Below, piece by piece: positions 44,568 to 57,284 of a stretch of 64,000 nucleotides of DNA; the first letter of the stretch is position 1; every line of letters starts with the position of its first letter. The stretch lies in assembly GCA_951406725.2 (NCBI GenBank), contig OX597840.1, positions 35,960,001 through 36,024,000 on the forward strand. The letters are read 5' to 3'. The notes under the pieces were generated by a model. It worked only from the letters and a program-made list of their open reading frames with translations. It was not told where the DNA came from and ran no database searches. This stretch comes from Octopus vulgaris. Its lineage: Eukaryota. A program made the translations under genes and the position numbers.

Positions 44568-45263
44568 AGGCGTAGGAGTGGCTGTGTGGTAAGTAGCTTG
44601 CTTACCAGCCACATTGTTCCGGGTTCAGTCCCACTGCGTGACACCTTGGGCAAGTGTCTTCTACAATAGCCTCGGGCCGACCAAAGCCTTGTGAGTGGAT
44701 TTGGTAGACGGAAACTGAAAGAAGCCCGTCGTATATATGTATATGTATATATATATGTATATATATATATATATAGGCGTAGGAGTTGCTGTGTGGTAAG
44801 TAGCTTGCTTACCAACCACATGGTTCCGGGTTCAGTCCCACTGTGTAGCACCTTGGGCAAGTCTCTTCCACTATAGCCTCGGGCCGACCAAAGCCTTGTG
44901 AGTGGATTTGGTAGACGGAAACTAAAAGAAGCCCGTCGTATATATGCATATATATATGTGGAGGCGCAATGGCCTAGCGGGTAGGGCAGCGGACTCGTAG
45001 TCGTAGGATCGCGGTTTCGATTCCAAGATCGGGCGGGCGTTGTGAGTGTTTATTGAGCGAAAACACCACGAGGCTCCAGCAGAGGGTGGTGGTGATCCCT
45101 GCTGTACTCTTTCGCCACAACTTTCTCTCATTCTTTCTACTATTGGCCTGCTCGTTTAGCCAGCGGGGTGGCGTCATTTAAAGCCTAAAACAATGCAAAG
45201 CGCTTTGTGACCAGCGATGTGTAACAACATCTGATAGCCTGGTCGGTCACGGGGATCACGGTG

Positions 45264-45312
<49 letters not shown>

Positions 45313-45540
45313 TGTGTATGTGTGTGTGTATGTTTGTGTGTCTGTGTTTGTCCCCCCAAATATCGCTTGACAACCGATGCTGGTGTGTTTACGTCCCGTA
45401 ACTTAGCGGTTCGGCAAAAAAGACCGATAGAATAAGTACTAGGCTTACAAAGAATAAGTCCTGGGGGTCTATTTGCTCGACTAAAAGGCGGTGCTCCAGC
45501 ATGGCCACAGGCAAATGACTGAAACAAGTAAAAAAAAGAG
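44568..45540 (+). mobile_element. SINE family O with tandem-duplicated 5' half and a nested T-type SINE
   Basis: 5' half at 44568-44730 and again at 44775-44938, insert at 44958-45262, and 3' half at 45335-45540. Confidence 0.85.
44958..45262 (+). mobile_element. tRNA-derived SINE (family T variant)
   Basis: ggaggcgcaatggcctagcgggtagggcagcggactc...ggtttcgattcc. Shares head and core with 3341-3736 but has a different 3' tail. Confidence 0.8.
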
Positions 45541-45751
45541 TAACACAACTGACCGACATTGCACGTCTTGCTATAATGAGCTGAATCTCAGTAATTAAAT
45601 AATTAACACTAACTAAGCAGACGATTGATTGTTTCCAATTAAATGTCTTCTGTGCCTGTTATTTACGAATTATAAACAATTATTTACATTTGAATGATGT
45701 TTGTCCTCATCTTGTTTGTTGTTAACACAACGTTTTGGCTTATATACCTCC

Positions 45752-45822
45752 ATATGGCGTAGTGGTTAAGAGCGTGGGCTACTAACCCCAAGATTCCGAG
45801 ATCGATTCCAGGCAGTGACCTG
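45752..45822 (+). mobile_element. tRNA-like Pol III head (SINE head)
   Basis: TGGCGTAGTGGttaagagcg (A box) ... GAGATCGATTCC (degenerate B box), followed by (AAT)n. Confidence 0.6.
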
Positions 45823-45824
45823 AA

Positions 45825-45869
<45 letters not shown>

Positions 45870-45921
45870 TGATAATGAAAAATACTTTTAGAATGAAAAC
45901 CCATGTTCGAAATTTCCCTAA

Positions 45922-45967
45922 GACACCTGATGAAGGCTTGAGGGAATATCAGCCGAAACGTTGTGTT
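45922..45967 (+). ncRNA. Type-I hammerhead ribozyme, intact minimal form
   Basis: GACAC-CUGAUGA-A-GGCU(loop)AGCC-GAAA-CG-UU-GUGUU. All core nucleotides and three stems are present. A partial inverted copy lies at 45678-45750. Confidence 0.85.
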
Positions 45968-46595
45968 AACAACAAACAAGATGAGGACAAATATCCGTCA
46001 AATGTAAATAATGTAAATAATGTAAATATTCTATTGTTATCAATTAATATTTTTGTTCTCCCGGGGTCGATAAATTAAGTACCAGTTGTGTGCTGGGGTC
46101 GATCTAATCGACTAGCCCCCTCCTCGCAAAATTTCGGGCCTTGTGCCAAGAGTAGAAAAGAATATTCCTGTTCTCCTCGTCACAACATCTCTCTATCAAA
46201 CCGTGATCTCATGGTAGATAACATTATTTTCAAATTTATTTACCTGGACATTTAGTCCGGCATTTCGTCCGTTTTTATATTCTGAGTTCAAATTTCACCG
46301 AGATTGACTTTGCATTTCATCCATTCGGGGTCGAGAAATAAATGCCAGTCGAGCACTGACATCGATGTAATTGACTTTCCCTACCCCCAAAATTACTGCC
46401 CTTGGGACACCAAAAATGAAGCCAATATTGTGTCTTATATGATTACCCTTTAAAATATTGATTTTTTTTTTAGATATTGATTTGATAATATTGTTCGCAA
46501 GCAACTTCATATTTGTAGAGGGATGTTGTAACATTACTTAACTATTTCGTTTTTGGATTTGGTTTGCAAGATTCTTTATGTGAGTTCGTGTGTTG

Positions 46596-46810
46596 AAGCA
46601 TATTCTGTTGTGTCCGGGGAGAGTCATTTTCTTTTTGTGCCTTATAATGTAACACACTCATCGGTAAAATTTCCACTCATTTCTTATTTTTATTTTCCTA
46701 AAATTTTCGTTGCGTCTTGCAACCTTTCCAATAGTTTTGACTCTCAGGGTGTGTTACATTATAAGACACAAAAAGAAAATGACTCTCCCCAGACACAACA
46801 GAAAATACTT
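46596..46810. repeat. ~65-bp-arm inverted repeat enclosing a degenerate HHR-like motif
   Basis: Arms at 46596-46660 and 46748-46810. The spacer's minus strand reads CUA-UUGGAAA-G-GUUGC(aagac)GCAAC-GAAA-AU-UU-UAG. Confidence 0.75.
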
Positions 46811-47343
46811 AACTAATTTATTAATTAAGCCCATCACCCTCTACAGGCTATCAATGCCCCCCCCCGTGCTCGACTCTGGGTTGTCTATTCCTCCCCCAGG
46901 TTTATTGGTTTTGAATGGTCATTAATGCTTCTGTAACTTTGCATTTTTTCTAGGTAGGGTTGTTGGCCCTACGCAAACCCACGTTTTACCTCTGGGAAGA
47001 GCTCGTCCCTATTACCCTGTCCTCTATCCTTTTAGTTGTCCAGCATGACAGGAGGATCTACCAGGAGCTGATACTCTAGAAGCATAGTTTGAGGGTCATT
47101 AAGACAGAGAAGCTACCACACTGCAAAAAGGACTGGATCTTGTGGTAGATTATGATTACAATAGAAATAGTCTAATTTCCACGTGCCTTTACTCTCATAA
47201 ATATCTTTGTGAATTATTACCTCTGAAGTCTGCCACTAGGTACTGGTGGAGCTTTTGGTAAACTGAAAGCTTATTTAAAAATTTCTCTTATAAATATCTA
47301 TGTAAACTACGAGCTCTTCAATCTCTTAAAGGTATCTTTGTAA

Positions 47344-47893
47344 TTGGGTTGTCCGGAAAGTTCGTGCCGATTTTTAAAGGAAAGAAAAAGTTCAATAAAT
47401 ACTTACCATTACATTTTTAATCAACCAAATACGAACCATTTTGTTGCACAGTGTGTCTCCATCTTTCCTTTAACTTGAAATAACCCTCTTCACAGAATTG
47501 AGGTGGTTTCATGGCAAAGAATTCATCAAGGTACCTTTTTACATCATCCAAGGAATTGAAATTTTTACCATTAAGACTATTCTGCAAAGACCTAAATAAG
47601 TAGAAATCCGAAGGAGCAATATCTGGTGAATATGCAGGGTGGGGTAACACATCCCAGCTGAGCTGCAGCGATTTTTGTCTGTTTCCCAAAGCATCAAGTG
47701 CCGAATATGAACTTTCTTATCTCCCATTTTAAAGGGTTACAAAATTAACACAGGTTATAGGAACATAAACCTTCTTCCATGAAAAGATAGCTTTAACTGT
47801 GCTCTAAATGGAGGTGTAGTCAAATCCTACTTTATGGACTCAATCATATTCTAAAATAAGTCGAAAGGTAATCGACCTTTCCGAACAACCCAA
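47344..47893 (-). mobile_element. Internally deleted mariner transposon
   Basis: TIRs TTGGGTTGTCCGGAAAG and CTTTCCGAACAACCCAA followed by TA. ORF fragment 47417-47689 contains WDVLPHPAYSPDIAPSDFYLFRSLQN, the mariner YSPDLAPxD motif. Confidence 0.92.
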
Positions 47894-48714
47894 TAGATAC
47901 TCTTTCTACCGTCTACCAGGAGATATCAGTAGTGATTTTAGTAAATAAAAGTTTGGTTTACAATGATTTTCAATTTGAGTTAGTCAAACTTCAAATTAAG
48001 AAAAACTATGCCCTGGACGCGCCAGTTGTTCAACATTAATTGAAGTTAGAGCTGCAACAGAAACCGAACTAGTATCGATGGAATCCACAAACGAGAACAA
48101 AGGAAGCCTATATGTAATTAGCAAAATATAGAGCTTTGCCACAAAATAGCAAATGTCTAGTAGAATTATGTATATCGTGTTGATGTCTCCACAACAACAG
48201 ATCCGTAGACAGAACACAAAGCCCCTGGTTGAGAGGGTTGACGTTACCTAAAAAGCAATACGCTATTTTGAAACTACATTTCAACCAGAGAAACATGGAA
48301 GAGACCGTTAGTATCCCATGTTACATAAGGTACAATTAAAGTACTGTGATTTTATCTTAAAGAGAAAGTTCACATCATCCATCACGTTAATGTTTAAATA
48401 AAAAATAGAAAACGAACTTATTTCAGTTTGCCGACACAAGACTAAATTCTCCCTGGGGAATTTGAAACTTAATTCCCAACTGATAATAAATGATGATAAA
48501 TACGATTTACACTATCTAGAATAATTCTAATTCTTTTATGTCCAAACACAGACGTGTGCAGTCGACCGGTCAGTTAATGAATCCAGAGCTATTAAATAAA
48601 CCCCCGTTTAACTCACGAAGATTCACCCGCACATACATACACACCTATTCAAACACATACATACATACGTACATACATATACATGCATAGAGACACGCAC
48701 AAGCACACATATAT

Positions 48715-48759
<45 letters not shown>

Positions 48760-48761
48760 TG

Positions 48762-48807
<46 letters not shown>

Positions 48808-49074
48808 TGTGTGTGTATGTCTGCGTGTGTGAGTGTGTGTGCGTGTGTGTGTGCGTGTGTGTGTACGTGTGCGTGTACGTGTGTGTGTGAGTGTGAGTGT
48901 GTGTGTATGTGTGTGTATATGTGTATGTGTGTGAGTGTATGTGCGTGTATGTGTGTAAGTGTATGTGTGTGCGTGTGTGTGTGTGTGTGTATGAGTGTAT
49001 GTGTGTGTGCGTGTGTGCGTGTACGTGTGTGTGTGCGTGTGTGTATGTGCGTGTGTGCGTGTGTGTGTATCTGT

Positions 49075-49140
<66 letters not shown>
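48715..49140. repeat. (TG)n compound microsatellite
   Basis: Direct inspection of the sequence. Confidence 0.95.
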
Positions 49141-49141
<1 letters not shown>

Positions 49142-49495
49142 GAAAGACATATAATTCTATTTTATATGTGGGTCCTAAATTCGGAACGACGAGAGTATTT
49201 ATTACTTCCTTTATGAAAACCGGAAATATACAAAATAAATGTCGTAATTCACTTCGGTACTGACGATGGCGGGAATAATGTCTCTGCTTGTTGCGGAAGC
49301 TGTTATATAAAACGAATATTTCTCCATTCGTCACAAATCCGAATGTCTTGGTCGAAGCTAGATTTTTAAAATGATGTTGTAATTATAATTTCCCACAAGT
49401 CTTTATTGCTGACTTCCTGAACTCGTTATCCCGCTGAAAATCACTGTCACAGCTGTTAAAACCGCTTCTTCGGTTTTTTCCTCCTCCTCCTCCTC

Positions 49496-49529
<34 letters not shown>

Positions 49530-49530
49530 C

Positions 49531-49566
<36 letters not shown>

Positions 49567-49569
49567 TAC

Positions 49570-49606
<37 letters not shown>

Positions 49607-49759
49607 ATCTTGCTTCTAGATAATATGTAACGGGCTTCCACGCAGTTTCCATCTACTACATTTTACACACGAGGAAGAATTTCTTCCGGCGCGCTTACGA
49701 TTCTGCCAGCTTACAATTCTGCCACCTTAATAATAACAATAAAAATAATTATAATTATA

Positions 49760-49895
49760 ATACAAAGGTTTTGGGTAGGCGAGATACCAATTGGAAATGG
49801 TGCAGTCGGAAGTGTCAGCGCCCAACTACAAATATGGCTAAAAAAGACTGGTGCAAATGTGAAAAAAATCAACAGCGCTTGGAACTGCATTGTGG
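49760..49895 (+). pseudogene. Highly decayed RLE LINE C-terminal fragment
   Basis: EIPIGNGAVGSVSAQLQIWLKK...ALGTA resembles the IPVVIGALG...LMGT end of the 58731 ORF. Preceded by TAA-rich sequence. Confidence 0.4.
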
Positions 49896-51460
49896 CCATT
49901 TATACAAGGGATAATAAAAGATTACTCATTTTAAATCATCCAGTTTCATTTTGAGTCTAAATATCGACTCTGCCTTTTTAGCATTCGCCATCGGTGACCT
50001 TTTCCCATTGTTCTCGACTTTGGGATGTCTTTCAGCTCTGTCTCAGTGTCTTGCTTCTAGCTATTGTTAGGGCATCCTCCTGCGTGTGTCTTTGTCCCAC
50101 CACCACAACTTGACATCCGGCATTGGTGTGTTTACGTCCCTGTAAAATAGCGTTTCGGCAAGAGAGACTGCTAGAATGAATGCCAGGTTTTAAAAGATAA
50201 GCCCTGGAGTCGATTCTTTCGACTAATAATTCTTCAAGGTGGTATCCCAGCATGGCCGCAATGTGATACCCGAAACAATTAAAGGATACAAGATAGAATA
50301 TATGTAACGGGCTTCCATGCAGTTTCCATCAACTACATTTACTCACAAGGCATTGGTTTCCTATAGAGTTTTGTAGAAGACATTTGCCCAAATTTCCCAT
50401 GGTGCCGCGCGGTGGGATTGAACCCACAAACATGCAGTTGTAAAACATGCTCATAATCACATGACCATTTCTGGTGCCTTTCAATTTTTTCTTTTCTTTT
50501 TTTGTTATAACTTCCATCTTTAAACGTTCTATGTCTTCATCATCATTCTTCTGGTTTCTAGGCATTGTGTAGTTTTTCCCCCCTTTCATTTCTTTTTTCG
50601 CGTTTCTGATCTATTTTCGAAGTCTTTCAAATTCTATCCCACATCTCTTCTACTTCTTCATCCATTTATTTTATTCTTCCATTTACAATTCCATATTTAA
50701 ATTCAACGACTTAATCCGTTCAGCTTAATACGGTTACGTCTCTTAAAGCGCTCCATATTAGGTTTCACGGATATAGCATTGAAAACGAAGAATTTCCACA
50801 TTTATGCGTCAATAAAATTTTTTAACTGATTCCACCTACTTCTACTTCTATAAAATAGAAGATTTCTGGTCTCACATCAGATTTTCCTGCCATTATCACC
50901 AAAAGATCTAAAGGGATTTTTTTCTTCGTATTTTTTCCTCGCTATATTTTTTTAGTGTATTTTATATTTATCGCCATGTCGAAATTTATATTTTTCCAAT
51001 ACAACTGTCAACATTTTTACGTTATTTTGTCGCCCGACATCTGTAACACTTATCTACCTTACAAATACAACACACATTCACACAAAACAAACACACACAC
51101 ACACATATACATGCAAGCACACACACACACGCAAACACACACGAAATGACAGTATACTCTCCGTTAATATTGTGACCAAGAGAGTAAGTGTTATACATTT
51201 CAGCGAATATGTGTGTGTGTGTGAGTGTTTGTATCTGCATGGGTGTGTATGTATTTTTTCTCTCCATTTTTTCCTCTCTTCACCTGTTTTCTCCACTCAT
51301 TCCTTAATTTAGAAGAACATAGGTTCGAAACGTCAAACACTTCTTACGTATATATGTATATAATATTAGAAAAAAAACACCTTTAATCAATTCAAAATGA
51401 ATAATTAAATTACACCATCTAGAAAATTACATATAATGGAAAAGTTAAAATTAAAATAAC

Positions 51461-51862
51461 ACGCAGGAGTGGCTGTGTGGTAAGTAGCTTGCTAACCAAC
51501 CACATGGTTCAGGATTCAGTCCCACTGCGTGGCACCTTGGGCAAGTGTCTTCTACTAAGAGCCTTGTGAGTGGATTTGGTAGACGGAAACTGAAAGAAGC
51601 CTGTCGTTTATATGTATATATGTATGTATGTGTGTGTGTGTGTGTTTGTGTGTCTGTGTTTGTCCCCCTAGCATTGCTTGACAACCGATGCTGGTGTGTT
51701 TACGTCACCGTCACTTAGCGGTTCGGCAAAAAAGACCGACAGAATAAGTACTGGGCTTACAAAGAATAAGTCCCGGGGTCGAGTTGCTCGACTAAAGGCG
51801 GTGCTCCAGCATGGCCACAGTCAAATGACTGAAACAAGTAAAAGAGTAAAAGAGAAAGAGTA
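51461..51862 (+). mobile_element. SINE family O
   Basis: Homology to family O with a small internal deletion. Confidence 0.85.
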
Positions 51863-51963
51863 ATATATTATATATATATATATTATATTGTGTGGAATTT
51901 GATTTAGTATTTCTAAATTGAATTCTTTTTCCTTGTAAGTTTGGATTTTATTCCCTCAAATAA

Positions 51964-52037
<74 letters not shown>

Positions 52038-52038
<1 letters not shown>

Positions 52039-52200
52039 CCGCATGTGAATCGTTGGCGATTTTTTGCTCCGTCTTATTTTTCTCTTGAACATTCCTCCGT
52101 CTCCCGCTTCCGACGAAGAGCTTTGCTTGAAACGTAAAACTACTTTTCTTTCCTTCCGTGGGCGTCTGCAAATACTTTGCATGCACCATGTACTCGCGTA
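52038..52200 (+). mobile_element. HHR-bearing short element, family A (diverged)
   Basis: Follows (TA)n and aligns to the reverse complement of 13700-13868. Contains CCGACGA-A-GAGC(uuu)GCUU-GAAA-CG-UA-AAAC at 52110-52140. Confidence 0.7.
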
Positions 52201-52417
52201 TGAGTCGTTTCTCCACGCCTGAAACAATGAGGCCTTTTTGCCTTCAGTCATGATATGTATCACCTTCCCGTTCTGGAGACGGATATGGTGTGGGATTTTT
52301 TATGTTTTCGGGTCTGATCTGGAGAAGTATCTCAAGGGTCCTCCCTAGCAGTTCTTGTCTATAATAACAATATCAAAATAATACTACTGAATGATGATGA
52401 TGATGATGATGATGATG

Positions 52418-52471
<54 letters not shown>

Positions 52472-52544
52472 GCAATAGTTTCTGATTTAGGCAGAAAACC
52501 AGAATTTTTGTGGGGACAGAGAGGAGGTGATAGCATTGAATTCC

Positions 52545-53655
52545 CCGCCGGCGACGAGTTTGTAGTATCGTTAGTACGAAGGGGCAAAATGTTTTGCGGT
52601 GTTTTGTTGGTCTTTACATTCTGAATTCAAATTCTGCCGAGGTCGACTTTGCCTTTCATCCTTTCGGAATCGATGAATTAAGTACCAGTGGAACACTGAG
52701 GTTGATATAATCGATTAGTCACCACACAAGATATTTGGGGCCTTGTGCCTCCAGTAGAGAGGGTTAGTATTATCATTATTAAGGCAGCGAGCTAGCAGAA
52801 TCGTTAGCACGCCGGACGAAATGCTTTAGCGGCATTTCGTCCGTCTTCACGTTCTGAGTTCAAATTGCAGCGAGGTCGACTTTCACTGTCATCTTTTGCG
52901 GTGGAAGTCGATACAATAAGTACCAGTTGAATACTGGTGTTAATGCAATCGACTTAACCCCTCCCCTGAAATTGCCGGCCTTGTGCCAAGATTTGAAACG
53001 AATATTTACATGTTATTATACAGAGATTTATCTCAAGGCGGCGACGAGCTGGCAGAATCGTTGGCGCAGGAGTGGCTGTGTGGTAAGTAACTTGCTTACC
53101 AACCATTTGGTTCCGGGTTCAGTTCCACTGCGTGGCACCTTGGACAAGTGTCTTCTACTGTAGCCTCGGGTCGACCAAAGCATTGTGACTGGATTTGGTA
53201 GACGGAAACTGAAAAGAAGCCCGTCATATATAGGTACATATATATATATATATATATGCGTGTAATTGTGTCTGTGTCCCCCACCCAACATCGCTTGACA
53301 ACCGATGCTGGTGTGTTTATGTCCCCGTAACTTAGCAGCTCGGCAAAAGAGACCGATTGAATAAGTACTAGGTTTCCAAAGAATAAGTCCTGGGGTCGAT
53401 TTGCTCGACTAAAGGCGGTGCTCCAAAATGGCCGCAGTCAAATGACTGAAACAAGTAAAAGAGTAAGCAGGACGAAATACTCAGCGGCACTTTGTCTATC
53501 TATACGTCCTGAGTTCAAATCCCACCGATGTCGATTTTACCTTCCGTCCTTCCGGAATCGATAAAATAAGTACCACTTGAATACTAGGGTCGATGTAATT
53601 GTTTCTCAAAAAAAAAAAAAAAAATGCTGGCCTTGTGTCAAAATTCGAAACCAGC
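52545..53655 (+). mobile_element. Cluster of three diverged family M SINEs, the third split by a family O SINE (53063-53465)
   Basis: Heads at ~52548, 52782 and 53037. Family M sequence resumes at ~53466. Confidence 0.75.
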
Positions 53656-54128
53656 ATACAGATTCCTCTGCCTCGAGACGCACCGTTCCAAAAAATTTGG
53701 AAAAAGCTGACCGACAACAAAATCAGTTGACAACGTGTCATTTTATTTTTATCCCTTCTCCTGCAAAATTTCTCTTTGTTCCAACGTGCACTAAAATTTT
53801 ATTGAGTAAAACTTTTTTTATGCGAAAAGTTTTTATATACAGAAAAGTTTTTAAAACGAAAACTTTTTCAGGAATATATTATTCTCTCTCTCTTTTTTTG
53901 TGCGTATATAAAACTCAGCTTGGGAAAACATTCACCAATATCTTTACAGTAAAGCGGTAATGCGAAAAAAAAATTGTTATGCGAAAAAACAAAAATTACA
54001 TCTTTACTTTTTATATATATTCATATAGAAGTTATATAATAGAAATATTTACTCCCTGTGTAGGAAAGACAGAAAATAAAACGTGTTATATTCATATACA
54101 TACATACATACATACATACATACATACA

Positions 54129-54159
<31 letters not shown>

Positions 54160-54201
54160 GTTTGTACATATATATATATATGTATAATATATATATATAT
54201 T

Positions 54202-54252
<51 letters not shown>

Positions 54253-54878
54253 AAATATATATATATTTATATAAATATATATATATATATATATAAATAT
54301 ATATATATATTTATATATATATATATGTATAAATATATATGCATTTATGCATATATAAATATATACATAAACGTATATATATAAAAAATATATATACATA
54401 CATAAACGCACATATATATTTATATATGTGGTGTGTGTGTGTGTGTGTGTATAACCGTGAAGTGAATTAGGAAGCTATGGCCGTTTAAATTTTGTAGACG
54501 GAACTAGAGTCCTTCACCGTATATTGACTACAGAAAATAGTCTCATATTACAGAATATAACGCTCCATAACGGAAGAAAATGAACATTAGTGCGTGTACT
54601 AATGCCAGTTTTTTTTCCGTAACGGGGGTCTTATGTGGAAAAATTGTTCGCGGCATTGCTTCGGACTTTACGTTCTGAGTTCAAATGCCGGCGGGGACGA
54701 GTTTACCTTTTATCTTTTCGGGAGTCGATAAAGTGAGTACCAGTTTGAGCACACTGGTACTCCCCCAAAATTGCTGGTCTTTTGCCAAAATTAGAAACCA
54801 ATATTAGACAATTTTCTATAGTCTGTATATGGTGAAGGCTCATATTCATATATACGTGTGTGTGTGTGTGTGTGTGTG

Positions 54879-55060
54879 TATGGATGAAAACAGTTTAAAC
54901 ACCTTGGGACTCTGAGTTTCAAGTGTGTCACATAGTCTTCGGCCATTGAGTCTAAATCTTGTGTGATTCAGGCTCAGATTCAGATTCAGCGGCCTGAGAT
55001 TAGCGACACGCTTGAAACTCAGAGTACCAAGGAGTTTGAATCAAACTCTTTTCATCCATA
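54879..55060. mobile_element. Inverted pair of degenerate HHR-bearing repeats (Penelope inverted-pLTR-like)
   Basis: Arms at 54879-54944 and 54991-55060 are reverse complements. Each reads GG-C(C/U)GA(A)GA..stem II..GAAA-CUCAGAG-U(C/A)-CC outward. Confidence 0.65.
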
Positions 55061-55232
55061 CGTGTAACTCCCAATAAATGTGCTAACTGCCCGTCTTTCG
55101 TTTGTCTACATATTCGTAATATATATATATATGTATGTATGTGTGTGTATGTGTGTGATATTATTTTACAGATAAATTTCCTCTATTTACATAATATTGA
55201 GGTCTCTTTCTTTTGTCATCTTACCGTTTTTA

Positions 55233-55270
<38 letters not shown>

Positions 55271-56399
55271 TATTCATATATATATAAATATATATATACA
55301 TATATATACTTATGTATGTATGTATATATATACACACACAACTAATGAGAAAAATTGAAAATAGAATTGATAAGGTTTTTTTATTCCATTTTCTGTTTCG
55401 TTTGTTATATACTCGACAGGCATTGAGGAGTTCCTGAGGTTGATCCACTGCCATTTCTAGCAATACTGTAGATGACATCAGGTAGCCATAGACAGTGAAA
55501 GTGCTTTAATCGGCTTATCACCAGGTGTATACGCAAGGTGTGTGCGTTAAAGTCGAACAATGAGAATGTTTGTCCTCAAATATTATTGCTCTAACATTGT
55601 ATCATTTATCTAGTGGACACATATTAGGATTCCAGCAGATACATGCGCCTTCGGTTTTATATTTGGCTTCTAGGAAACTGTTTTTCGTGTTCATTTGGCT
55701 AGTTTGGGGATGTATCTTTAAAAATTCTACATCGATGCACGCCTGCCTGTGTGGCTAAGAAAATCACTTTGCAGCCACGTACTTTCGCCTTCTTTCTGCT
55801 GAGGTCACGTAGAAGATTCTTAAACGTGGTGCAATGATAATAAATGAAGGATTTGTGTTTAGTATCTAAAAATGTTGTAAAACGAAAAAGTAAGTCAAAC
55901 TTATTCAGATTAGTGGGTTACTAATATTTACAGAGATGTGACAAAAGAGTCAACTGTGATCTTTTTTTGATGTCTATGACTTTGTGTTAAAGCTAACCCG
56001 TCATTTCTATAGAAACCTAAATTTATGATAGTAAATTTATTAGGGAGCACGTCGGAAAAAAGCTTGTGATGTTACACATAACAGGTGTGCGTGTGTGTGT
56101 GTGTATGTGTGTGTGTGTGTGTGTGTGTACAGAGAAACAAAGAGAGACTTTATTGCTAAATTCACTTGGGTGTAGAAAAAAAGGTTTAACGCTGCACAAT
56201 AAGAGAAGCGTAGCTCATGTATACTTTCGACAGTGTATTTGACTGTTCAATGTTCGTTTTCGTTTCATCGAATTTATATGAGAGTTTCAGACGAACGACA
56301 GGGGGAGCTGTCTCCCAACACATACATACACATACATTCATATATAGATACACACATATACACATACATAAACATACACAAATATGTATGCATATATCT

Positions 56400-56456
<57 letters not shown>

Positions 56457-56566
56457 TATATATATATATATACATACATACATATACATATATAAATATG
56501 TATGTATTTATGTATGTATACATACATAAAGATATATGCTTAAATTTATACATATACATAAGTTAC

Positions 56567-56597
<31 letters not shown>

Positions 56598-56670
56598 TAT
56601 ACATATACACATATACATATACATATATACATATACATATACATATAGATATAGATATATTAATAGATAC

Positions 56671-56725
<55 letters not shown>

Positions 56726-56748
56726 TAGATAGATAGATTAATAGATAC

Positions 56749-56780
<32 letters not shown>

Positions 56781-56788
56781 ATATATAC

Positions 56789-56831
<43 letters not shown>

Positions 56832-56840
56832 TATATAGAT

Positions 56841-56873
<33 letters not shown>

Positions 56874-56969
56874 GATAGATATATAAATTAATAGATACAT
56901 ATATACATATATGTTAATGAATTCGATGTGAATATGTAGTTACATATGTACATAAATACATAAATATAT

Positions 56970-57025
<56 letters not shown>

Positions 57026-57284
57026 TGACACACATACTTATATACGTATACTCCCCATTTACGCATTAAACATCCCTACTAATCACAACACTCACCCACC
57101 CCGCCATCTACCCCGCCATCCACCCGCCCCCCTAACTTTCAACCTATTCTTCATTTGTCTGTAATTGTCTTTGATACATTGTAATCCATTGTTGCTGCCT
57201 CTTTGTCTTGGCATCGTCGTTGTGTGATTGCAAATAAAGATTCCATAGTCGTTGTCGTGTTTGGAGTGGCGATGTTTACGGCAA

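Noticed and set aside
52200-52370. Possible LINE ORF1 remnant (IPHHIRLQNGKVIHIMTEG)
   Set aside because: Too short and interrupted to support without a database search.
55410-55480. AG...GT-bounded candidate coding exon
   Set aside because: Stop codons occur in all three plus-strand frames.
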